From Chthoniobacterales bacterium (lineage in GTDB: Bacteria; Verrucomicrobiota; Verrucomicrobiia; Chthoniobacterales; UBA10450), in the NCBI GenBank assembly GCA_035315805.1, contig DATFXN010000053.1:25-64024 (forward strand): DNA of 64,000 nt, given 5' to 3'. Below are positions 56,133 through 63,880 of this stretch, one piece after another. Each line of letters begins with the position of its first letter. The first letter of the stretch is position 1. Under the pieces are notes generated by a model that was not told where the DNA came from, did not search any database, and saw nothing but the letters and a program-made list of their open reading frames with translations. The translations under genes were made by a program, and so were the position numbers.

Positions 56133-57578
56133 TTGGCCACGCTCTCGCCAACTATTCTCTTCTGGCTGCTAATCGGCTGTCTGGCGTTGTGGCTCTACAC
56201 TCTCCTGTGTCAGCGGCGAAGTATTCGCCGATTAGAACGTTCGCAGGAGGAGATCCAGGTCGAAGAAACGCTGGTCTTCGATTTTCTTCATGGCCTCGGT
56301 GAAGCTTTCAGCGACACGATCCGCCCGGGCGACCTCCACCGTTTGATTGTCGAAGGCGCGACCCGGGTTCTCGATGCGCAGGGCGGCGCGCTCTATCTCA
56401 CTGATCGAACTGGGACAAAACTCACACCGGCATTCCTCTCCAAAGGTTGCCCGCCGCTGGTGGATGTGCCAGTGCATATCTTGCAACAAGCCGCAGCCTC
56501 CCCGGCTGCCTTGGAGAGTTTTCTCCAGCTTCACCATATCAGCAGCGGCGAAGGATTGCTCGGTTTCATCTGGCAAACGGCTGCACCGGTTTGCCTAAAT
56601 GAATTTTCGCAAGCGCCGGAGCTGGCCAAGCTGCGCGATAGTTCATTTGGCGCGAGCTCGGTAATGGCGGCGCCGCTTCTCTACGCCAAACAAAACATGG
56701 GCGTGCTCGCGCTCGCCAACAGCCGGTTGGGCTCGCCCTTCTCACAAAACGACTTCTTTGTTTTCAAATCGATCACCGAGCAGTCCGCCTTTGCGCTCTA
56801 CAACGCGATCATTTATTCCGAGGCCAACGAAAAGAAGCGACTCGATCATGACCTCGAAATTGCGCGCGATATTCAGCGAATTTTGCTTCCCGCAGAGGCA
56901 CCGAATGTAAATGGATTTGAGATTAGCGGGATAAATGTGCCGGCACGTCAAGTCAGTGGCGATTATTTTGATTACGTTAAAATCGATGACGAACGGCTCG
57001 GAGTCGCTATCGCGGATGTTTCGGGCAAGGGCGTTCCCGCTTCGCTGATCATGGCGATTTGCCGAAGCGTCCTGCGCAGTCAGGCAGTCGGAAATCCCTC
57101 GCCGGCTGATGTTCTCCAAAAAGTGAACCGCCAACTTTATCCCGATATCAAAGAAGACATGTTCATCAGCATGGCCTATCTGGTTCTCGATCATGCGCGG
57201 GCCGGAGTCACACTCGCGCGCGCCGGACACGATGCGCCGCTCCTTTACAAACAGAGAACGCGGACAGCCGAACCGTTGAAACCGCCAGGGATGGTTGTCG
57301 GCATTGACAGGGGAGACGTGTTCGACAGGTTAACTAGGGATGTCGCGGTGGGGCTCGAGCGCGACGATTGCATCCTTCTTTACACGGATGGAATCACTGA
57401 AGCACTTGATAATGAAGGGAATGAATTTGGATTGCAGCGAACGATCGCCTCGGTTCAATCCAGCGCTAGAGAAGGGGCGCAAACGATCGTGACCCGATTG
57501 ATCGACGATTTGCGAAACTTCGTCGGCTCGACTCCGCAGAACGACGACATCACCCTAATTGCGATCCGAAAAACATGA
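56133..57578 (+). CDS. membrane-anchored GAF + PP2C/SpoIIE phosphatase (RsbU-like)
   Basis: N-terminal TM helix, GAF-like region, SpoIIE core ..QVSGDYFDY..IADVSGKGVPASL..LYTDGITEA..NDDITLIAIRK; TTG start. Confidence 0.8.
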   Translation: MATLSPTILFWLLIGCLALWLYTLLCQRRSIRRLERSQEEIQVEETLVFDFLHGLGEAFSDTIRPGDLHRLIVEGATRVLDAQGGALYLTDRTGTKLTPAFLSKGCPPLVDVPVHILQQAAASPAALESFLQLHHISSGEGLLGFIWQTAAPVCLNEFSQAPELAKLRDSSFGASSVMAAPLLYAKQNMGVLALANSRLGSPFSQNDFFVFKSITEQSAFALYNAIIYSEANEKKRLDHDLEIARDIQRILLPAEAPNVNGFEISGINVPARQVSGDYFDYVKIDDERLGVAIADVSGKGVPASLIMAICRSVLRSQAVGNPSPADVLQKVNRQLYPDIKEDMFISMAYLVLDHARAGVTLARAGHDAPLLYKQRTRTAEPLKPPGMVVGIDRGDVFDRLTRDVAVGLERDDCILLYTDGITEALDNEGNEFGLQRTIASVQSSAREGAQTIVTRLIDDLRNFVGSTPQNDDITLIAIRKT

Positions 57579-58138
57579 AAAAAGTTCCAGTAAACGAAAC
57601 TGACGATCCGCAAAAGCAGTCGAGCGCGGGCCAAAGATCGACACCTTCGGCGCCGGCGCCGGAACAGAGCGATGGCCAGGACGAAGTGGCCAGCATGCAG
57701 GCCGATCTGGACCGATTTCGCGATTTGGCGATGCGGAGCCAGGCTGATTTCGAAAATTACAAGAAGCGCTGCGCTCGCGAAAAAGACGAGGCGATCAAAT
57801 ATGCAAACAAGAGCCTGCTCGAGAAGCTCGTTTCGATTATCGATCACTTCGAGCTGGGGCTGGAGGCTGCTCGCGGGGAAAGCGAGACGTCACCCATTTA
57901 TTCGGGAATGAGCCTGGTGCTCAAACAGCTCCAGGATTTTCTCGCCGAAAACGGTCTGCAGCCGATTGAAGCGGTCGGTCAGAAATTCGATCCTAACCTG
58001 CACGAAGCCATTGCCCACGAGCCGAGCAACGAGGCTCCCGAGGAAGTGGTGATTCGCCAAACTCGCCGCGGCTATCGTTTCAAAGACCGCTTGCTTCGGC
58101 CATCTGCCGTTGTGGTCTCGAGCGGGCCGGCAAAATAA
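57575..58138 (+). CDS. grpE: nucleotide exchange factor GrpE
   Basis: ..RSQADFENYKKR..FDPNLHEAI..GYRFKDRLLRPSAVVV; ATGA overlap with the upstream phosphatase gene. Confidence 0.9.
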   Translation: MKKVPVNETDDPQKQSSAGQRSTPSAPAPEQSDGQDEVASMQADLDRFRDLAMRSQADFENYKKRCAREKDEAIKYANKSLLEKLVSIIDHFELGLEAARGESETSPIYSGMSLVLKQLQDFLAENGLQPIEAVGQKFDPNLHEAIAHEPSNEAPEEVVIRQTRRGYRFKDRLLRPSAVVVSSGPAK

Positions 58139-58156
58139 TTGCTGGTCAATTCAGCA

Positions 58157-59296
58157 ATGGCGACGACAAAAAAGCGCGATTATTACGAGGTTCTCGGAGT
58201 GAGCCGGGGCGCGTCCGCGGAAGAAATCAAGCGCGCTTATCGCAAGCTCGCGATAAAGTTTCATCCCGATAAGAATCCGGACGATTCGCACGCCGAAGAA
58301 AAATTTAAAGAGCTCGGCGAAGCCTACGACGTGTTGATGGATGCGGACAAGCGCGCCGCTTACGATCGCTTCGGGCACGCCGCGTTCGAGCAGGGCGGCG
58401 GCTTTCGCGGAGGTTTTCACGATCCGTTCGATATTTTCCGTGAAGTTTTTAGCGGCGGCGGAATTGGCGGTAGCATCTTCGAAACATTTTTCGGCGGCAT
58501 CGCCGGCCAAGGTGAAGATCGACAACGTGGTGCCGATTTGCGTTACGACATGCAGATCACGCTCGAAGAAGCAGCCTTTGGCGCGGAAAAAGAAATCGAA
58601 GTTCGCAAACTCGACATTTGCGAGAAATGCGGCGGTAGTGGAGCCGAACCGGGATCACGCAGCATCAATTGCCCGGTTTGCTGCGGCCGCGGCCAGGTGA
58701 TCAGCTCACGCGGATTTTTCCAGGTCTCGCAGACTTGTCCGCGTTGCCGCGGTGTTGGCCACATCGTGGAGAAACCATGCCGCAACTGCGACGGCGAAGG
58801 ACGGCGGGAAAAGGCCAGCCGGATAAAATTGAAAATTCCGCCCGGAATTACCGGTAGCTCTCGACTACGCTCTCCGCGCAACGGCGAAGCCGGAATTCGT
58901 GGCGGCCCGCAGGGGGATCTCTACGTCGTGGTCCACGTGCAGGAACACAAAATTTTCCAGCGCGACGAAGATAATTTGTATTGTGAAGTCCCGATTCCGT
59001 TTACGACCGCCACCCTCGGCGGCGAAGTTCCAGTCCCAACATTGGAAGGCAAGGCAAATTTGAAGATCCCCGCCGGAACCCAAAGCGGTCAGGTGTTCAA
59101 GCTTCGCGGCAAAGGCATTGTCCAAGTGAACGGACGCGAGCGCGGGGATTTGCTCGTCCGCGCGATGGTTGAAGTGCCGACGCACCTCAACGCTGAGCAG
59201 CGCGCGAAGCTCCAGGAGTTTGCCGAATTGTGCGGCGAAGAGAACACCCCGCTGGGGAAAAGTTTCTTCGAACGCGCTAAAGAATTTTTCCGCTAA
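58157..59296 (+). CDS. dnaJ: molecular chaperone DnaJ
   Basis: J domain [17 protein letters not shown] region, four CxxCxG zinc-finger repeats. Confidence 0.93.
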   Translation: MATTKKRDYYEVLGVSRGASAEEIKRAYRKLAIKFHPDKNPDDSHAEEKFKELGEAYDVLMDADKRAAYDRFGHAAFEQGGGFRGGFHDPFDIFREVFSGGGIGGSIFETFFGGIAGQGEDRQRGADLRYDMQITLEEAAFGAEKEIEVRKLDICEKCGGSGAEPGSRSINCPVCCGRGQVISSRGFFQVSQTCPRCRGVGHIVEKPCRNCDGEGRREKASRIKLKIPPGITGSSRLRSPRNGEAGIRGGPQGDLYVVVHVQEHKIFQRDEDNLYCEVPIPFTTATLGGEVPVPTLEGKANLKIPAGTQSGQVFKLRGKGIVQVNGRERGDLLVRAMVEVPTHLNAEQRAKLQEFAELCGEENTPLGKSFFERAKEFFR

Positions 59297-59365
59297 ATGG
59301 TCTTGCGGAATTCATTTTCGCGCAGCGACTTGCTATTTCCCCCACGCCCTGCCTAAAACGTCGCG

Positions 59366-60131
59366 ATGGCTGACGAAACAACTCCGCCGCCGCCGCTTCC
59401 GACAACACAATCTACGCCGCGCACCGAGCCGCTTGCGATCTGGAGTCTAGTGTTGTCGATCTTGTCGTTTTTCGGCTGTCTTTTTCTTACGGTAATTCCC
59501 GCGATCATTTGCGGGCATGTAGCTCGTTCCAAAATTCGGAAATCAAACGGTGCGCTTCAAGGAATGAATCTTGCGCTCGCGAGTCTGATTGTTGCCTACC
59601 TCCAAATCCCGTTCGGTGTGCTCGGCGGAATCATGCTCGTCGACATGATCAAAAGCGAGCGCGTGCGTTTGCAGGCAGTGGCCGCCGAAAAAAAAGATCC
59701 CGTCCGACGATGGAAAGCTGAAGGTCACGACTTCGGGTTTTTGGGTGAAGCGAACGGATCTTAATCAGAAAGCGTCATTGCAAGCCGCTTACAACAGCAA
59801 GGACATGTACGTGATGGTGCTCAGCGAACCGAAGTCTGCTGTTCCCAACATGACCCTGCAGCAACATCATCAAACGACGCGCGACCACATTTTGAAACAA
59901 ATGACCAATTCATCGGCGACCGAACCGGCGCCGAGCACAATCGATAATCATCCCGCATTGCAAGACGAACTCAGTGGCACCGATCGCGGCAAAAATATTG
60001 TTTTTCTCCACACCACTGTCGACGAGGGCGAGTCTTTCCAGCAAATTCTGGCCTGGACGACGAAGTGGCATTGGGCAAAGCAAAACGGAGAGCTGCGCGA
60101 AGTCACGAACAGTTTTCACGTCGAGAGATAA
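59366..60131 (+). pseudogene. DUF4190-like membrane protein whose C-terminal domain is in another frame after the A8 run at 59688-59695
   Basis: ORF 59366-59764 (..LAIWSLVLSILSFFGCLFLTVIPAIICGHVARSKI..) and ORF 59745-60131 overlap. Removing one A gives the continuous reading ..AVAAEKKIPSDDGKLKVTTSGFWVKRTDLNQ.. Confidence 0.5.
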
Positions 60132-60149
60132 TCTTCGCCCTGCGGTTGC

Positions 60150-60944
60150 ATGCATCGGTTCTATATCGCGCCTGAAAATTGGAATCCCGATGCATTGATT
60201 TTGCGCGGCCTGCAAGCGCATCACGCGCGCGAAGTCTTGCGAATGAAGCGCGGGGAGCGCGCCGTAGTATTCAACGGACGCGGTCGCGAGATCACGGCGG
60301 AGATTGTCGATCTTGCGAAACGCGAGATTCGACTGCGCAAGTTGCAGGAAAACCAAACGCCGCCGTTGCGTGCGCGCATCACACTCGGGCAAGCGATTCC
60401 AAAAGGGAAAAACATGGACCTGATCGTGCAAAAGGCCGTCGAGATCGGCGCGGCGGAGATCGCGCCGCTGATTTCAGAGCGCACGATTGTCGATCTTGAT
60501 AAAAAGGAAGCGGAACAAAAACAGGAAAGGTGGCAGCAGATCGCGATCGAGGCGGCCAAGCAATGCGGACAGAACTGGGTGCCCCAGATTAGCACGCCAC
60601 AGAAGCTGAAAGAATTTTTTTTTGTAGAGGCGCGTGTCCTTATGCGCAGCCTTCCAGATGCGGCTGAGACAGCCGCCACTACACCATTTGACCTTCGTTT
60701 GATCGGATCGCTCCAACCGGATGCGATTCATCTGAAAAAAATTCTCGCCGATTATTCGGCGCAACATCGTGATCGAGCAAAAAGCGTTTTGATGATGGTT
60801 GGACCGGAAGGCGATTTCACTCCGGCCGAACTTGCGCTCGCGAAAAGCAACGGCTGTCTGCCGATTACACTCGGCCCAATAATTTTGCGCGTGGAAACCG
60901 CGGCGATCTATTGCCTCAGCGTGCTTTCTTACGAACTGATGTGA
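60150..60944 (+). CDS. rsmE: 16S rRNA (uracil1498-N3)-methyltransferase
   Basis: MHRFYI.., ..QAIPKGKNMDLIVQKAVEIGA.., ..VGPEGDFTPAE..; contains an internal insertion. Confidence 0.85.
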   Translation: MHRFYIAPENWNPDALILRGLQAHHAREVLRMKRGERAVVFNGRGREITAEIVDLAKREIRLRKLQENQTPPLRARITLGQAIPKGKNMDLIVQKAVEIGAAEIAPLISERTIVDLDKKEAEQKQERWQQIAIEAAKQCGQNWVPQISTPQKLKEFFFVEARVLMRSLPDAAETAATTPFDLRLIGSLQPDAIHLKKILADYSAQHRDRAKSVLMMVGPEGDFTPAELALAKSNGCLPITLGPIILRVETAAIYCLSVLSYELM

Positions 60945-60947
60945 TGA

Positions 60948-61171
60948 TTACTTCTTGCCGCCTCGCTCGCCTTCGAGCTCCAGCGTTACTTTCGAATTCA
61001 GCCGATAGCTTGTAATTTTGCCGGCATGACGGCCGCCGTCATTTCCTTCACGTAGACGGAACGAATGTTGCGCAGCGTCTTGTTCGCTTCTCGGATCGCG
61101 TTCGAGGCTGCGTCTTCCCAGCTCTTCGGCGATTCGGACATCAACTCGATGACTTTAACAACTTTTGCCAT
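60948..61171 (-). pseudogene. dodecin-family protein interrupted by a 1-nt frameshift near 61025-61040
   Basis: Frame 1: MAKVVKVIELMSESPKSWEDAASNAIREANKTLRNIRSVYVKEMTAAV.. stops at 60998. The adjacent frame continues ..HAGKITSYRLNSKVTLELEGERGGKK* to 60948. Together they match the dodecin pattern; neither piece is in the >=60-aa ORF track. Confidence 0.6.
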
Positions 61172-61226
61172 GATCTATTCCTCCATCTTCCCCTTTGAAG
61201 ATCGCACCCGAAACGGCGAGCGGTTC

Positions 61227-61688
61227 TTAATAGATGTACGGGTGCGACAATTCGAAGGCGTTTTGGATCAGTTCGCAACGCGGGTCGCCCTCTTCGGGCA
61301 ACAAAACTTCCACGACATCGAATCGAAACACGATGTCCGGATTATCGAGCAGTCGTAGCCACGCCAACCCACCTTTGGACACGCGAAGCTGCTTTTGTCG
61401 ATCGACTGCTTCGATCGGTCGTCCGAATTCCTCGCCGCCACGCGTTTTTACTTCCACGAACACGAGCGTGTTGCCGTCGCGACAAACGATGTCGATCTCG
61501 CTGCCGCTACGATCTTTAAAATTGCGGTAAAGAATCTTGTAGCCGTGGCTTCGCAAAAATCGCGCGGCCAGTTTCTCTCCGCGCGCCCCGCGACGGAGGT
61601 GTTCAGGCAACGATTCCTTCGAGCGCGAGAAGCGGTTGCGCCACCGGCTCGAAAGAGCGGCGATGAATCGGACAGGGTCCAAATTCAT
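61227..61688 (-). CDS. yraN: YraN-family (UPF0102) endonuclease-like protein
   Basis: ..GEKLAARFLRSHGYKILYRNF..GSEIDIVCRDGNTLVFVEVKTR..; start uncertain and overlaps the rnhB 3' end. Confidence 0.75.
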   Translation of the reverse strand: MNLDPVRFIAALSSRWRNRFSRSKESLPEHLRRGARGEKLAARFLRSHGYKILYRNFKDRSGSEIDIVCRDGNTLVFVEVKTRGGEEFGRPIEAVDRQKQLRVSKGGLAWLRLLDNPDIVFRFDVVEVLLPEEGDPRCELIQNAFELSHPYIY

Positions 61689-62241
61689 GAAGTCTGGAGA
61701 GGTGGAGTTCGGTGCTGTAGCCCTTGTGCTGGTCGAAACAATATTCGGGAAATTGCGTGCAGAAGTCACGCATGATCCGGTCGCGCGTCACTTTCGCGAT
61801 CACGCTCGCCGCCGCGATGGTGAAACTGTAACAATCACCGTCGATGACTGCGGTTTGCGGAAACGGGAATGGAAAAACTGGAAGTCCGTCGATCAAAACG
61901 TGGTCGGGTGGAATGGCGAGTGCACCAAGCGCAATCCGCATGGCTTCGTGGCTCGCTCGCAAAATGTTGATCCGATCGATCTCGAGATGATCGACGACGC
62001 CAACGCCCCAGGCGACGTCGGAATTCGAAACCAGTTCGTCGTAGATATTTTCGCGCAGTTCGGGCGCGAGCTGCTTGGAGTCGTTCAATTTCGGATGCCG
62101 AAATTTTTCCGGTAAAACTACCGCCGCCGCGACCACCGGCCCGGCCAGCGCGCCGCGACCGGCTTCATCAACTCCGGCAATTCGAACGACTCCGGTGGTG
62201 CGCAATTTCTTTTCGTAACGAAATCCGCAGCGCCGATACAT
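61603..62241 (-). CDS. rnhB: ribonuclease HII
   Basis: IAGVDEAGRGALAGPVVAAAV, ..DSKQL.., ..IIAKVTRD.. Confidence 0.9.
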   Translation of the reverse strand: MYRRCGFRYEKKLRTTGVVRIAGVDEAGRGALAGPVVAAAVVLPEKFRHPKLNDSKQLAPELRENIYDELVSNSDVAWGVGVVDHLEIDRINILRASHEAMRIALGALAIPPDHVLIDGLPVFPFPFPQTAVIDGDCYSFTIAAASVIAKVTRDRIMRDFCTQFPEYCFDQHKGYSTELHLSRLHEFGPCPIHRRSFEPVAQPLLALEGIVA

Positions 62242-62243
62242 CT

Positions 62244-62268
62244 GCGCAAATCTTCAGCAGATTTGCGC
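62244..62268 (-). other. 10-bp stem / 5-nt loop hairpin ending 2 nt upstream of the rnhB start codon
   Basis: GCGCAAATCT-tcagc-AGATTTGCGC read directly. Confidence 0.55.
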
Positions 62269-62270
62269 GA

Positions 62271-62329
62271 AGTGACAAGTGACATGTAACCAGAAAAAAT
62301 CAGAGCGGCGACGCTCGTCACTTGTCACT
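62271..62329. repeat. perfect 13-bp inverted repeat AGTGACAAGTGAC-N33-GTCACTTGTCACT, related to the GTGAC-type arms at 10734-10800
   Basis: Read directly. The right arm runs into the palindrome ACTGATCAGT (62327-62336), which contains the rplS stop codon. Confidence 0.65.
62294..62316 (-). terminator. putative rho-independent terminator of rplS
   Basis: Minus strand reads GAGCG-tcgc-CGCTC followed by TGATTTTTT; short 5-bp GC stem inside the larger inverted repeat. Confidence 0.5.
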
Positions 62330-62331
62330 GA

Positions 62332-62673
62332 TCAGTCTCTTACGGTCGTCGCTTCTTTGCCCTTGCGGCGCCGGAGAAAATTCAACTTCGCGCGACGTGC
62401 TTTGCCTTCGGTCTCGATCTCGATCTTGGCGATGCGCGGCGAATTGAGCGGAAAAACGCGTTCGACTCCTTCGCCGTAAGAAATGCGGCGCACGGTGAAC
62501 GTTTCATTTAAGCCGCGACCTTTGCGAGCGATGACGACCCCGGAAAAGATTTGGATTCGCTCCTTATCTCCCTCAACCACGCGAGTATGTACGCGGACGC
62601 TGTCGCCAACTTTGAAATTAGTACCGTCGCCCTTTTGCTGCTCTTTTTCGATGAGATCGAGAATGCGATTCAT
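62332..62673 (-). CDS. rplS: 50S ribosomal protein L19
   Basis: ..[60 protein letters not shown].. Confidence 0.93.
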   Translation of the reverse strand: MNRILDLIEKEQQKGDGTNFKVGDSVRVHTRVVEGDKERIQIFSGVVIARKGRGLNETFTVRRISYGEGVERVFPLNSPRIAKIEIETEGKARRAKLNFLRRRKGKEATTVRD

Positions 62674-62849
62674 AACGTTGCCTTCGGGTATCGGGAGGGA
62701 GCGAGACTTTGCAGCAGATCAGGAAAATTGCAAACCGATGATGAAATTTAGCGAATTAACGAGTTAAAGATTCAACGATTGGAAATTAAGAGATCGTGGA
62801 ATCTCTGAATCGCTAAATCGTTAAATTGAGATATCTTGGGCGCTCGATC

Positions 62850-62923
<74 letters not shown>

Positions 62924-63100
62924 ATATCTCTGAAAATGCAGTTTTACTACAACGCAATCGGATACGCGAAGCATCGCAGCCCTTCGCATGATGTTGTGAT
63001 TCGTGTTTATTAAGACACTGGCAACGTGGTCAACCGTCTTTCCGGCGTTGACTCGCTTGGCCATTGCGCCGATAGCAATAAGTAACAGAAGGGGTTAATC

Positions 63101-63361
63101 ATGCATCTGTTAATTCGTCACAAAGTCTCTGATTTCGCTAAATGGAAGCCGGTCTACGACGGGCACCTGTCGGCGCGGCAGAAGGCTGGACTAAAGGAGG
63201 AACATCTTTTCCGCAACGCCGACGACCCAAATGAAGTGTTGCTTCTTTTCTCGGTGGAAGATTTCGATAAGGCGAAAGCATTCATTGCTTCGGACGATGT
63301 GCGCCAGACCATGGAGAGGGCCGGAGTAAGCGACAAGCCAGACGTTTTTTTTCTTAAATAG
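63101..63361 (+). CDS. small ABM/Dabb-fold-like protein (tentative)
   Basis: 86-aa ORF MHLLIRHKVSDFAKWKPVYDGH..EVLLLFSVEDFDKAKAFIASDD..; ferredoxin-like pattern. Confidence 0.4.
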   Translation: MHLLIRHKVSDFAKWKPVYDGHLSARQKAGLKEEHLFRNADDPNEVLLLFSVEDFDKAKAFIASDDVRQTMERAGVSDKPDVFFLK

Positions 63362-63362
63362 C

Positions 63363-63383
63363 GGCTTATCTCTTTCTCGTTAG
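63363..63383 (+). repeat. 21-nt direct repeat GGCTTATCTCTTTCTCGTTAG (copy 1)
   Basis: 20/21 identical to 63860-63880; each copy lies a few nt upstream of an ORF start. Confidence 0.7.
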
Positions 63384-63392
63384 GCCGACTCG

Positions 63393-63791
63393 GTGAGCAG
63401 CGATGTATCTAACTCTCCCGGTGCGGAGCGCGTTCTATTGTGCCGAGGACTCAGTGGATTCCTTCTTTGGTGTGCACCGTGGATTGTCTTTGCGCTGGGC
63501 TTTGGTGCACCGCCTTGGTTGAAAACGATTTTGTGGTCAACGTCGCTTGCAGTCATGGGCGTAGCGTGTCTAATCAATGCTGTTCGATGCGGTCGGGTTC
63601 ACTGCCGCTTTACAGGGCCATTTTTCATCCTCTGCGCTGTTATTTCACTCAGTTACGGTCTCGGGCTTCTGCCGCTTGGACCGTCCGGGTGGAAGTGGAT
63701 CGGCGTCGGGACAATCATTGGCGCTCTGGCCCTTTGTTGCATTCCGGAACTGTTTTTCGGCCGCTATCGACGAAACGGCTCAGCGGTCTAA
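63393..63791 (+). CDS. Cys-rich four-TM membrane protein, unknown function
   Basis: 132-aa ORF, four hydrophobic segments; GTG start. Confidence 0.4.
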   Translation: MSSDVSNSPGAERVLLCRGLSGFLLWCAPWIVFALGFGAPPWLKTILWSTSLAVMGVACLINAVRCGRVHCRFTGPFFILCAVISLSYGLGLLPLGPSGWKWIGVGTIIGALALCCIPELFFGRYRRNGSAV

Positions 63792-63859
63792 CCAATCGAT
63801 GAAGCCAACGCGCCCCTGAGCGCATGAACTCAAGCGTGCTTGCCACGAACCCCGCCGTT

Positions 63860-63880
63860 GGCTTATCTCTGTCTCGTTAG
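63860..63880 (+). repeat. 21-nt direct repeat GGCTTATCTCTGTCTCGTTAG (copy 2)
   Basis: see copy 1; followed by an ATG at 63885 that opens an ORF running to the window end. Confidence 0.7.

Noticed and set aside
55540-57600. CIRCE/HrcA operator upstream of grpE or of the STAS gene
   Set aside because: I searched by eye for TTAGCACTC-N9-GAGTGCTAA-like inverted repeats and found none.
3969-60497. The abundant word as a CRISPR array, MITE/IS end, Chi site or KOPS-type skewed motif
   Set aside because: The copies are not regularly spaced. They have no conserved flanks or partner inverted repeats, apart from one pair. They are roughly equally frequent on both strands (20 plus, 17 minus) with no monotonic strand switch. 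CRISPR, MITE and strongly skewed Chi/KOPS explanations therefore do not fit this window.
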